DNA of 62,881 bases from Candidatus Omnitrophota bacterium (GTDB lineage: Bacteria; Omnitrophota; Gorgyraeia; JABMRG01): contig JBAZLY010000004.1 in NCBI GenBank assembly GCA_041650035.1, positions 1 through 62,881 of the forward strand, in the 5' to 3' direction. The notes below the pieces were generated by a model that was not told where the DNA came from, did not search any database, and was given only the letters and a program-made list of their open reading frames with translations. Numbering within the stretch: position 1 is the stretch's first letter; each line of letters begins with the position of its first letter. A program made the position numbers and the translations under genes. Below, piece by piece: positions 45,767-55,091 of the stretch.

Positions 45767-47830
45767 ATGAGTAGGATAAAGACGCGTGCCGTAGACTATA
45801 TTTGCAGGATATGCCATGGGTCCAGGGCTTTCGCAGTGATTATAGGCCTTCTATCAGTTCTGATTTCAGGCATAAGGCCTATAGGCTGCAATGATGTCTG
45901 GCTGCATATCAAAACCGGCTCTATCATCTGGGGCAGCTGGCACATACCCAATACACAGCTATATTCTTTCCTGCTTAAGGATAGCGCGTGGATAGATCAT
46001 AGTTGGTTGTTCCAGGCGGCTATTTATCCGATATATAGTATGGCAGGCATATCCGGCATTATGGTATTCCGGCTGATCCTGATCGCCCTTATTGCGTCCG
46101 TGCTTTTCTTCCCCGCGTTTAAAGCGAAACAATACGCCTTTTTATCGTGCCTTACCGCTATGGTCGCGCTATTCGCTGCCTCCGGGCGGTTTAATATGAG
46201 GCCCGACATCATCAGCCTTTTGTTTACGGTTATTTTTTTATCCGCATTAAAATCATATAAAGGAGGAAGGGGTATATTCTTTATTATACCCCTGCAGATT
46301 TTATGGGTTAATACGCATGGGTATTTTATATTAGGTCCTTTCCTTGTTTTGATGTTTATACTGTCAAGACTGTTGTGCCGCATGTTCAAGCTTCCTTTTG
46401 ACTGGAATCTAAATGTCCTTGACCGCGGGGCATTTAAAACCATTTGTCTTGTGTTTTGCGCCCTTATCCTGTCATTGGCCGCTAATCCATATTTTTTAAA
46501 AGGTGCCATGTATCCTTTTTCGGTAATAAAGAATATTCCGCTAAATGTCTTTCAGTTCTCCGTTATAAATGAATTACGGCCGTCGTTGATAAACAATGTT
46601 CTGTTTGCCGGACCCTCGGACTTATTACCCGTGGTTATCCTTGTTTTTTGCTATTCAGTTTTTCTAAATATACGCCGAGCAGATATATTTGACTTCGCGG
46701 TCTTTGCCCTTTTTCTTTTTATGACGCTTAAGGCAAGCAGGCATGACGCGGTATTATCACTCGCCTTAGGCGCCTTGACCCTGCGTAACCTTTCCTCGGC
46801 AGGTGATAATCCGCTGATAGACGCGGGTTTCGCTTTTTTATCAAAAAGGCGCATTGAGCTTATCCTGATAAAGATATTGTCGGCGTCTGTTTACATAATT
46901 ATTTTTTGCGGTATATTTTTTTATATGCAGAACTTTGCTTTAGCCGCAGGGGCAAAACGCGTATATGATCTTAAAGGTAACGGGACAAGTGTCGTCTTGT
47001 CATCGGGTGTTTCAGGCCCGCTTAGGCCTGAAGGTGCCGTGCGTTTCATCAAAGATAACGGTATAAACGGTAATATTTTTAATAGTTTTAACAACGCGGC
47101 CTATCTTATATTTGGCCTTTACCCCGATTGCCGTGTATTTATTGATGCCAGAAGCGAGCTTTATGGTGACGCGTTGTTGATGTCATATGTCAGGATAATG
47201 CGCGAACCCGCCATATTGGATAGAATAAGGGCCAATCTGGGCATAGGGCTGGTTGTCCTTCCCTGCAATGATTGGCGTTCTGCCGGGATGTTTAAATATC
47301 TCTATAATTCCAAAGACTGGGCCCTGGTATTTTTTGACGGGCATAGCAGTGTATTCCTTCTTAAGTCAGCCGGCCATGATACGATAATAAAGAGAAATCG
47401 TATCCGTCTTGAGGAATTCGAAATAAACCCTGATACGAAGCTTGTTGAGCAGGCCAAAAGAAAAGGGTATTATCCTGAATCATATGTCAACGCGGCCCGG
47501 TTTTTTTGTCTTACGGGTTTTTACAATAAGGCCCTTGATGCCTTAGGATTAGCCCAGTATATCTGTCCGCATGACCCGTTGACCCGTTGTCTAAAGGGGG
47601 TTGCGCTGGACAGCCTTGATATGCCGGGCCCTGCCCTTGAAGCCATGCTGGAGTCGATACGGCTTAACCCTAAAGACGCGTTGACCTTACAGAATATCGG
47701 CATATATTTTTTAAAAAGGAACAACCTTAGACTTGCCGAGAGGTATTTGAGGTTAGGGCTAAGGGCGGATCCGGATAGCGAGGGGATAAGGAAATGCCTT
47801 GAGGCGATAAGGCAATCTATGCCCCTTTGA
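45767..47830 (+). CDS. polytopic membrane protein (>=10 TM) with large C-terminal periplasmic domain ending in TPR repeats; possible GT-C-type glycosyltransferase
   Basis: Hydrophobicity pattern and TPR-like repeats in the last ~120 aa (ALDALGLAQ..., LEAMLESIRLNP..., AERYLRLGLRADP). The functional call is an inference. Confidence 0.55.
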   Translation: MSRIKTRAVDYICRICHGSRAFAVIIGLLSVLISGIRPIGCNDVWLHIKTGSIIWGSWHIPNTQLYSFLLKDSAWIDHSWLFQAAIYPIYSMAGISGIMVFRLILIALIASVLFFPAFKAKQYAFLSCLTAMVALFAASGRFNMRPDIISLLFTVIFLSALKSYKGGRGIFFIIPLQILWVNTHGYFILGPFLVLMFILSRLLCRMFKLPFDWNLNVLDRGAFKTICLVFCALILSLAANPYFLKGAMYPFSVIKNIPLNVFQFSVINELRPSLINNVLFAGPSDLLPVVILVFCYSVFLNIRRADIFDFAVFALFLFMTLKASRHDAVLSLALGALTLRNLSSAGDNPLIDAGFAFLSKRRIELILIKILSASVYIIIFCGIFFYMQNFALAAGAKRVYDLKGNGTSVVLSSGVSGPLRPEGAVRFIKDNGINGNIFNSFNNAAYLIFGLYPDCRVFIDARSELYGDALLMSYVRIMREPAILDRIRANLGIGLVVLPCNDWRSAGMFKYLYNSKDWALVFFDGHSSVFLLKSAGHDTIIKRNRIRLEEFEINPDTKLVEQAKRKGYYPESYVNAARFFCLTGFYNKALDALGLAQYICPHDPLTRCLKGVALDSLDMPGPALEAMLESIRLNPKDALTLQNIGIYFLKRNNLRLAERYLRLGLRADPDSEGIRKCLEAIRQSMPL

Positions 47831-47989
47831 TGTTATCATCTGATGACATGGTATCCATTGCCAATAAGGTGTCTGCGCTTGACGCGCCGCGCCTGATCTT
47901 CATAGATACCATTTAAACACTATGATGGTGTTATTGCGGAGTTGGGAATGACCTAACAGGCGTTGTTGTATGACGCTTAGCGATTTTTC

Positions 47990-48018
47990 TTTACATCAGG
48001 CTGAATATTTGATATAAT
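47990..48018 (+). promoter_or_regulatory. sigma70-like promoter (TTTACA-17 nt-TATAAT) for rpsO
   Basis: Hexamers at 47990-47995 and 48013-48018. Confidence 0.55.
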
Positions 48019-48071
48019 TCAAAACATATTAATTACGTTCATAAACAATATCGGAGGAAAGGCAGACAACA

Positions 48072-48341
48072 ATGGCATTGAGCAAAGACAAAAAACAGGC
48101 GGTGATTAAACAGCATAAGATCAATGATAAGGATACAGGCTCTTCGTATGTGCAGATAGCCCTGCTCACGGAGAGGATAAACGGTCTGACCGAGCATTTT
48201 AAGTCGCATAAGAAGGACCACCATTCCAGGCGGGGCCTTTTGAAGATGGTATCGCAGAGGAGAAGGCTTTTAAATTACCTTCAGAAAAATTCACAAAAAG
48301 AATACAGCGATCTTATAGCAAAACTTAATATCAGAAAGTAA
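48072..48341 (+). CDS. rpsO: 30S ribosomal protein S15
   Basis: 89 aa with GS..VQIA.LTERI..LT.H...[12 protein letters not shown]. Confidence 0.95.
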   Translation: MALSKDKKQAVIKQHKINDKDTGSSYVQIALLTERINGLTEHFKSHKKDHHSRRGLLKMVSQRRRLLNYLQKNSQKEYSDLIAKLNIRK

Positions 48342-48364
48342 CCGGGTTTAAATTGGTTGTATTT

Positions 48365-48411
48365 GGAGCGCGCTCCCCTCTTGCTGCAACTTGGTTTAGC
48401 ATGTAGGGGAG
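48365..48411 (+). promoter_or_regulatory. rpsO-pnp intergenic stem-loops (terminator/attenuator or pnp leader)
   Basis: Palindrome GGAGCGCGCTCC (48365-48376) overlaps a hairpin in which CTCCCCT (48373-48379) pairs with AGGGGAG (48405-48411), with inner TGCT/AGCA pairing. Confidence 0.45.
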
Positions 48412-48496
48412 TGTTCATTATGAGGCGCGATTAATGGTATTATCAGTTGTTTCGCGTAAAAATACATAGTGTTTAACTTAAAAGTCAGGAGATAGG

Positions 48497-50596
48497 ATGA
48501 AGACAAGTGCGAAGATCGTGATGGGCGATAAAGAGATTATTATTGAGACAGGCAGGCTTGCCAAACAGGCTGATGGGGCGGTTACGGTTTCATGCGGGGA
48601 TACGGTTGTCCTCGTTACTGCTGTTATGTCGAGGCAGGCGAGAGAGGATGCGGATTTTTTCCCTTTAATGGTTGATTACCGCGAGAGGACATACGCGGCG
48701 GGCAGGATACCGGGCGGATACTTTAAAAGAGAGGGCCGTCCCACGGAACGCGAGATATTGACATCCCGATTAATAGACAGGCCTATAAGGCCGCTATTTC
48801 CCGAAGGCATGTCCAATGAGGTCCAGATAATGGCTATGGTCATATCAAGCGACGGCGAAAACGACCCCGATATATTATCTATTATAGGCGCCTCAAGCGC
48901 CGTCCAGTTGTCAGGTATCCCGTATCTTGGGCCTTTCGGCGCAGTCAGGATTGCCCGTGTTGGGGGAGATTTTGTGCTAAACCCCACATACGCACAACTC
49001 GATGAATCTGATATTGATGTTGTCGTTTGCGCCGGAAAAGACGGGGTCTTGATGATAGAATCAGGTTCCAAGGAGGTGCCCGAAGACGTTTTTTTAAAGG
49101 CTATTGATCTGGGTTTTGCTCAGTGTCAAAAGTGTATCGCCCTACAGAATGAGCTCGCGAAGGCATGCAAAAAAAGAGAGCTTAAGCCGCAGATAAAGAC
49201 CCCTGAAGCCTCGCTTATTGAAAAGGTAAGACATATGGCCTCAAAGAGGATAGCGGAGATCAATTTGATACCCGTCAAGGAGGAGAGGATAGAGATGATG
49301 GGTGTATTGTCCCGGGAGATTATAGATCAGCTTGTGGGCGACGACGGCGAGATTAGTGTCAGTGACGTCATGGCGGCACTTAATGAGACAGAGAAAAAAA
49401 TAGTCCGTGACATGATATTGGTGCAGAAAAAGAGGGTGGACAAAAGAGGCTTTAATGATATAAGAAACATTGAGTCAGAGGTAGGCGTCCTGCCCCGGAC
49501 CCACGGTTCAGCCTTGTTTACCAGAGGCCAGACGCAATCACTTTCTGTTGTTACACTCGGAACCGGTTCTGACGAACAGTCTATAGAGGCCCTTGAAGGG
49601 GACTGGAAAAAGACGTTTATGCTTCATTATAATTTCCCCCCCTTCAGCGTTGGGGAGGCGAAGCCTATCAGGGGTGTTGGCAGAAGAGAGGTCGGACACG
49701 GCGCCTTGGCCGAGAGGGCCCTTAGCCCCGTCATCCCGTCTAAAGAGCAGTTTCCTTATACGGTTCGTATCGTTTCCGACGTGCTTGAGAGCAACGGTTC
49801 ATCCAGCATGGCGACAGTTTGCGCGGGCTCTCTTGCCCTGATGGACGCGGGCGTTCCCGTAAAAAACGCTGTAGCCGGGATCGCGATAGGTGTTGTTAAA
49901 GAGGGTGACGATTATGTCATCCTTACAGATATTGCCGGGCTTGAAGACCACTATGGCGATATGGATTTCAAGGTTGCCGGGACATCCGAAGGCATAACAG
50001 CCCTCCAGGTTGATGTAAAATTGAAATCAGGTATTACTATGGATATTGTCAAAGACGCCATAAACGCCGCCAAAGACGCGAGGATGAAGCTGCTGGATAA
50101 TATGAATAAGGCTATATCTGTTCCAAAACCAGACCTGTCCCAATATGCGCCCAGGATAGAGACTATCAAGATCAGCACGGATAAGATAAAGGATGTGATA
50201 GGCCCCGGTGGTAAGGTGATCAAAAAGATTATTGCTGACACGGGAGTTGATATAAATGTTGACGATGATGGGACTGTCAGCGTTGCCTCAAACGACCCCG
50301 TTGCGCTTAAGAAGGCTATGGATATTATTGCCAAGATAGTTGAAGAGCCCGAGGTGGGTAAGATATACAAGGCAACCGTAAAAAGGATAATGAATTTCGG
50401 GGCTTTTTGCGAGATATTACCCGGCAAGGAAGGCCTCTGTCATGTCTCGGAACTTTCCGATGAGTATGTCAAAAACGTGGAAAGTGTTGTTAAATTGGGA
50501 GATGAGATAATGGTAAAACTTGTCGAGATAGATGAACAGGGCAGGCTTAATCTCTCAAGAAAAAAGGCTATGCCAAAATCCGGTAAAAGTTCCTGA
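48497..50596 (+). CDS. pnp: polyribonucleotide nucleotidyltransferase (PNPase)
   Basis: Two RNase PH domains plus KH and S1 domains. Contains FPLMVDYRE...AGRIPGGYFKREGRP. Confidence 0.95.
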   Translation: MKTSAKIVMGDKEIIIETGRLAKQADGAVTVSCGDTVVLVTAVMSRQAREDADFFPLMVDYRERTYAAGRIPGGYFKREGRPTEREILTSRLIDRPIRPLFPEGMSNEVQIMAMVISSDGENDPDILSIIGASSAVQLSGIPYLGPFGAVRIARVGGDFVLNPTYAQLDESDIDVVVCAGKDGVLMIESGSKEVPEDVFLKAIDLGFAQCQKCIALQNELAKACKKRELKPQIKTPEASLIEKVRHMASKRIAEINLIPVKEERIEMMGVLSREIIDQLVGDDGEISVSDVMAALNETEKKIVRDMILVQKKRVDKRGFNDIRNIESEVGVLPRTHGSALFTRGQTQSLSVVTLGTGSDEQSIEALEGDWKKTFMLHYNFPPFSVGEAKPIRGVGRREVGHGALAERALSPVIPSKEQFPYTVRIVSDVLESNGSSSMATVCAGSLALMDAGVPVKNAVAGIAIGVVKEGDDYVILTDIAGLEDHYGDMDFKVAGTSEGITALQVDVKLKSGITMDIVKDAINAAKDARMKLLDNMNKAISVPKPDLSQYAPRIETIKISTDKIKDVIGPGGKVIKKIIADTGVDINVDDDGTVSVASNDPVALKKAMDIIAKIVEEPEVGKIYKATVKRIMNFGAFCEILPGKEGLCHVSELSDEYVKNVESVVKLGDEIMVKLVEIDEQGRLNLSRKKAMPKSGKSS

Positions 50597-50639
50597 ACTG
50601 ATTATATAATGCCGTTTTCGAAGCGCAGGTATACTGTAT

Positions 50640-51089
50640 ATGGATAAAGTGAGTATAAGGGTCAAGAAGAAACAAGGCTGTCAGGATTTGCCGACACCTT
50701 GCTATATGAGCCCGGGTTCAAGCGGTATGGACGTATACGCGGATGTCGACGGTGAGATTACCATCAATCCTGGAGAGATAAGGCTTGTATCAGCCGGTTT
50801 TTATATGAGTATCCCGGAGGGGTTTGATGTTCAGGTGCGCCCGCGCAGCGGCCTGGCGCTAAAGCACGGCCTTGGCATAGTGAACAGCCCGGGCACTATA
50901 GATAGCGACTATAGGGGGCTTGTAGGGATCATATTGATAAATTACGGCAAGCAGCCTTTTGTGATCAAGAGGGCCGACCGCATCGCCCAGCTTGTTGTCC
51001 AAAGGGTGATAAGGGCCGATATGTCTGTTGCTGAAGAGCTTGATGATACGCTGCGTTCACACGGTGGTTTTGGCCACACGGGGGTTTAG
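50640..51089 (+). CDS. dut: dUTP diphosphatase
   Basis: GSSGMD, RSGLALKHG, GTIDSDYRG, R.GGFG.TG. Confidence 0.95.
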   Translation: MDKVSIRVKKKQGCQDLPTPCYMSPGSSGMDVYADVDGEITINPGEIRLVSAGFYMSIPEGFDVQVRPRSGLALKHGLGIVNSPGTIDSDYRGLVGIILINYGKQPFVIKRADRIAQLVVQRVIRADMSVAEELDDTLRSHGGFGHTGV

Positions 51090-51147
51090 GCCCTATTCAT
51101 ATCCGTTCTTGCGCGCGTTATAGGAATTTATCCGGTGGTTTCGATTT

Positions 51148-51909
51148 ATGTCGTATATTCATGCTATAGCATCAGGTATAATACAGGGGCTGACAGAATT
51201 CCTTCCGGTCAGTTCATCCGGTCATCTGGCCATTCTGCATAGATGTTCTGGCTATACACAGCCCAATATAATGTTCGATATAATTTTGCATATGGGAAGC
51301 CTCTTCGCGGTCTTAGTTTATTTCGGCCGTGATATTGTTGATATTATGATCAGAAAAAGGGGTTACATCCTATCGGTTCTTATAGCATGCGTGCCTACAG
51401 CTGTGATAGGGTTTTTTTTTAAGGATACCTTCGAATCGGTATTTGCAAATGTGAGATTAATTGGTATAATGCTTTATATCACCGCTGTATTGCTGGCCTT
51501 GGCGCATTTCGCGGCAGGAAACCAAACTGGTGAAAAGTCATTAAAAGCGCCCGGAGTCATCAAGTCATTTATTATCGGTATCGCGCAAGGCGCAGCTATT
51601 ATGCCGGGGATATCGAGGAGCGGCGCTACTATATCGTGCGGGATATTTTTAAAGGTCGAAAAAGAATCGGCGGTAAGGTTTTCATTTTTGCTGTCTGTGC
51701 CGGCTATCCTGGGCGCTTTAATTTTTAAACTTCCCGATTGGAACACGGCATCACCATTTCTTCCGCAGATGGCGTTGGGGGCGTTTTTTTCATTTTTATT
51801 TGGTCTCGGATCGATCTATATGGTGAAGAATGCTGTTATCGCGGGAAGGCTGAAGTGGTTTGCCGTTTACTGCTTTATCTTAGGCACGGCGGCCATGCTT
51901 ATAAGGTGA
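51148..51909 (+). CDS. uppP: undecaprenyl-diphosphate phosphatase
   Basis: GLTEFLPVSSSGHL and PGISRSGATI motifs, with multiple TM segments. Confidence 0.9.
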   Translation: MSYIHAIASGIIQGLTEFLPVSSSGHLAILHRCSGYTQPNIMFDIILHMGSLFAVLVYFGRDIVDIMIRKRGYILSVLIACVPTAVIGFFFKDTFESVFANVRLIGIMLYITAVLLALAHFAAGNQTGEKSLKAPGVIKSFIIGIAQGAAIMPGISRSGATISCGIFLKVEKESAVRFSFLLSVPAILGALIFKLPDWNTASPFLPQMALGAFFSFLFGLGSIYMVKNAVIAGRLKWFAVYCFILGTAAMLIR

Positions 51910-51916
51910 TTGTAAA

Positions 51917-54247
51917 ATGACTCAACAGCGTATTAATGAGATTGTAGGTTTTGTGTATTTGGCGATAGGGGTACTTGTATTCGTAAGCCTTATATCCTTT
52001 GACCCTGCCGACATCAGGTTTTTTGCCTCTACACCGAATGCGCACATAAATAATTTTATAGGAATCATAGGCGCCTATATCGGCGCCTCCTTGTTTTTTT
52101 TAATAGGATACAGCGCTTACGTTATACCCGTATTATGCCTTGTCTGGGCCATAGACAGGTTTACATCTCAACAACCTCAGCGTTCACTTGTTAAATTTTC
52201 AGGCACTGCCGTGCTTTTTCTCGCCTCAAGCGCCTTTATGTCTTTATTATTTAACATTGAGAATACATCCAGAATGAACGCCGGTGGATTTTCGGGGATG
52301 ATGTTGTCATTGATGCTTGAGAGATATTTTGGGGTGATCGGTTCATATGTTATCGTATCAACGTTGATAATTCTCTCTGTCCTGTTAGCAACCGAATTGT
52401 TGATCATACCCTTTGCCGCCCTTCTTATAGAAAGGCTTAAAGGCGCCTATAAAAGGCAGAAGGAAATCTCTAATGCAAAGAGGCAGTCGAGACAGGCCTT
52501 GGCTGTTAACAATAGCAGGCCCGCCCCGGCAAGGTCCGATAAAAGGCCTGTCATAAGGGGCCCTGTTCCAAGGCAAATGGAAAAGGAGACTGCGGGCATT
52601 GCCCGGGTAGATGGGCGGATACCCCAGCCGGTAAGGTCCCGAAACGAGATAGCTGCCCCTGCCATTAAAATTGATAAAAGGCATATGATGGCGCAAGGCC
52701 GCGATACGGATAAGGATAGGCCTGATAATAAACCAAAAAAACCCGGTGAATATAATCTTCCGACCCTGGACCTGCTCGATTCACCCCCGCCGGTGGAAGA
52801 GAGGCAGATAAAAGAAGACCTTACTGCCTCATCGGCTGTCCTTGAGGATACCTTGAGGGATTTTGGCATAGAAGTCAAGGTCGCCCAGGTGGAAAAAGGC
52901 CCTGTTATAACCAGATATGAGCTTGAACCTTCGCCTGGTGTCAAGGTAAACAGGATCACGGCCTTGAACGATGATATAGCGCTTGCGATGAAGGCGCAGT
53001 CAGTAAGGATCATTGCCCCGATACCCGGAAAATCCAGGGTCGGCATAGAGGTGCCGAATACGACCGCGTCATTGGTTTTTCTTAAGGAGGTTTTATCATC
53101 CAGGGAATTCGAGGGGTCTGAATCAAAGCTTACGCTTGCACTCGGCAAGGATACGGCGGGCGTGCCTGTTGTCTGCGATCTGGCAAAGATGCCGCACCTT
53201 CTTATAGCAGGCACTACCGGCGCGGGCAAGACCGTATGCGTCAATAGCATAGTGCTTAGTATGTTATTTAACGCGTCTCCCGAGGAGCTTAAATTGATAC
53301 TTGTTGACCCGAAGATGGTCGAGATGGCGATGTTCAATAAATTGCCCCATCTTATATGCCCTGTTTTGACTAATGCCAAAAAGGTATCCGGCGCCCTTGC
53401 CTGGCTTGTCCGAGAGATGGAATCGCGTTACAGACTGCTCGCCAAGGTATCGTGCCGTAATATTGCCATGTTCAATCAGAAGAGTAAAGAGGGCAGGTTT
53501 AAGGATTTTCCGGATGTTCCCTCTTTCATGTATTATATAGTTTTGGTGATAGATGAGCTTGCCGATCTTATGGCTGTCGCCTCAAATGAGATAGAGAGCG
53601 CGATAGCCCGCCTGGCCCAGTTGTCGCGCGCGGTTGGCATACATATTATTCTTGCCACCCAAAGGCCGTCTGTAGATGTCATAACAGGGGTGATAAAAGC
53701 GAATTTTCCGGCGCGGATATCTTTTAAGGTCGCCTCAAAGGTGGATTCGCGCACGGTGCTTGATATGAACGGAGCCGATAAGCTTTTAGGCAGAGGCGAT
53801 ATGCTGTTTATGGAGCCCGGAGCCGCAAAACCTACCAGGGCGCAATCAAGCCTTGTATCGGACAAAGAGATTGAGCGGGTCATTGATTTTATATCCGGCC
53901 AAAGGGAGGCGAATTATGAGGAAAATATTATCAAAGAAGGGGGCAGGAAGGAGTTTGTCAAAAACGCGGAAAGGGATGAGCTCTTTGATGACGCTGTCAG
54001 GCTTGTAATGGAATCAGGTCAGGCGTCGGTATCTATATTGCAAAGACGGTTGAGGCTAAGTTATACGCGCGCGGCGCGATTGATCGATAGCATGGAAGAA
54101 GAAGGCCTGATAGGGCCCTATTGCGGATCGAAACCGCGCGATATACTTGTTGATAGAAAACAGTATCTTGGTGTTCCGGATAAGGTTGGCGATGAGCAAA
54201 AATCCTCTTTTGAGGGAAGCGGTGCAATAGATGGCGACAATAGGTAG
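51917..54247 (+). CDS. ftsK: DNA translocase FtsK
   Basis: N-terminal TM domain, linker, Walker A GTTGAGKT, and a C-terminal winged-helix gamma domain (SVSILQRRLRLSYTRAARLID). Confidence 0.95.
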   Translation: MTQQRINEIVGFVYLAIGVLVFVSLISFDPADIRFFASTPNAHINNFIGIIGAYIGASLFFLIGYSAYVIPVLCLVWAIDRFTSQQPQRSLVKFSGTAVLFLASSAFMSLLFNIENTSRMNAGGFSGMMLSLMLERYFGVIGSYVIVSTLIILSVLLATELLIIPFAALLIERLKGAYKRQKEISNAKRQSRQALAVNNSRPAPARSDKRPVIRGPVPRQMEKETAGIARVDGRIPQPVRSRNEIAAPAIKIDKRHMMAQGRDTDKDRPDNKPKKPGEYNLPTLDLLDSPPPVEERQIKEDLTASSAVLEDTLRDFGIEVKVAQVEKGPVITRYELEPSPGVKVNRITALNDDIALAMKAQSVRIIAPIPGKSRVGIEVPNTTASLVFLKEVLSSREFEGSESKLTLALGKDTAGVPVVCDLAKMPHLLIAGTTGAGKTVCVNSIVLSMLFNASPEELKLILVDPKMVEMAMFNKLPHLICPVLTNAKKVSGALAWLVREMESRYRLLAKVSCRNIAMFNQKSKEGRFKDFPDVPSFMYYIVLVIDELADLMAVASNEIESAIARLAQLSRAVGIHIILATQRPSVDVITGVIKANFPARISFKVASKVDSRTVLDMNGADKLLGRGDMLFMEPGAAKPTRAQSSLVSDKEIERVIDFISGQREANYEENIIKEGGRKEFVKNAERDELFDDAVRLVMESGQASVSILQRRLRLSYTRAARLIDSMEEEGLIGPYCGSKPRDILVDRKQYLGVPDKVGDEQKSSFEGSGAIDGDNR

Positions 54248-55028
54248 CCAGTTAAAAAAGGCGAGACAGCAGGCCCAGCTTACGATAAACGATGTTTATC
54301 TCAAAACGAAGATCTCGCCTGATACAATCTCAACCCTTGAGGATGACGGCCTGATGGCCAAGGCCAGTTCGCTATATATCAAAAGTTTTTTGAAAAAATA
54401 CGCCCTATATTTAGGCCTTGATGATAAGGCTATATTAAGGCAATATTCCGACGCGTTTTGCACCACGCCCCAGAATACCAGCCAGGATATTATAAGGCCC
54501 CCGCGCAAGGCCTCTACCGTGGTCAGGGTAAAGACCGAATATATCAAAGGCCTTTTGAGGCGTTTTCTATGGATTACGCTTTTAGTGCTTATTGCTGTGT
54601 TCATTATAAGGTCCGCGGCCCTGATAATGTCCTCTTTTGCGCGCCTAAAATCTGTCCGCGGCGAACAGCAGGCAATAAGGCATAAGACCAAATCGGCACC
54701 CAAGAGGTCATTACCGGTGCCCCCTGATCCTCCCAGTGAAGCCGGTTTGAAAGAGGTTGTATTATCTATTCCTAAAAATGAAAAACTTAACCTTGTTGTG
54801 AGCCTCAACGATGATGTGTGGACCGAGGTAAAAAGGGACGGAGAGATCGTATTCAAGGGGATACTTAAAAAAGATACAGTCAAGCAATGGCAGGCTGACG
54901 ACCATTTTGAGTTTTGGACAGGCAATGCCTGCGCTATGGAATTTACCCTTAACGGTTTCAATATTGGAAATCCCGGCAGGGGCGTCAAGAAGGGCATTAT
55001 TATTGATAGGAATGGGATGCGCAAGTAA
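54231..55028 (+). CDS. rodZ: RodZ-like cytoskeleton protein (HTH + TM + DUF4115-like C-terminus)
   Basis: N-terminal XRE-type HTH (GSQLKKARQQAQLTINDV), a single TM segment and a C-terminal beta domain. Confidence 0.7.
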   Translation: MATIGSQLKKARQQAQLTINDVYLKTKISPDTISTLEDDGLMAKASSLYIKSFLKKYALYLGLDDKAILRQYSDAFCTTPQNTSQDIIRPPRKASTVVRVKTEYIKGLLRRFLWITLLVLIAVFIIRSAALIMSSFARLKSVRGEQQAIRHKTKSAPKRSLPVPPDPPSEAGLKEVVLSIPKNEKLNLVVSLNDDVWTEVKRDGEIVFKGILKKDTVKQWQADDHFEFWTGNACAMEFTLNGFNIGNPGRGVKKGIIIDRNGMRK

Positions 55029-55091
55029 TATTAATCCCTTGATCCCATTAGTTCTTAAACATGTTAATAGGGTTTTGATTTTTTATTTAAT

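Noticed and set aside
52447-53379. 310-aa ORF on the minus strand, with similar long antisense ORFs at 40973-41662, 54296-55024, 25800-26327 and 12032-12505
   Set aside because: Each lies entirely inside, and antisense to, a confidently identified gene (ftsK, secretin, rodZ, ispF, PKD/DUF1573). Their products are low-complexity (S/L/A/P-rich) with no motifs or RBS. They look like typical shadow ORFs.
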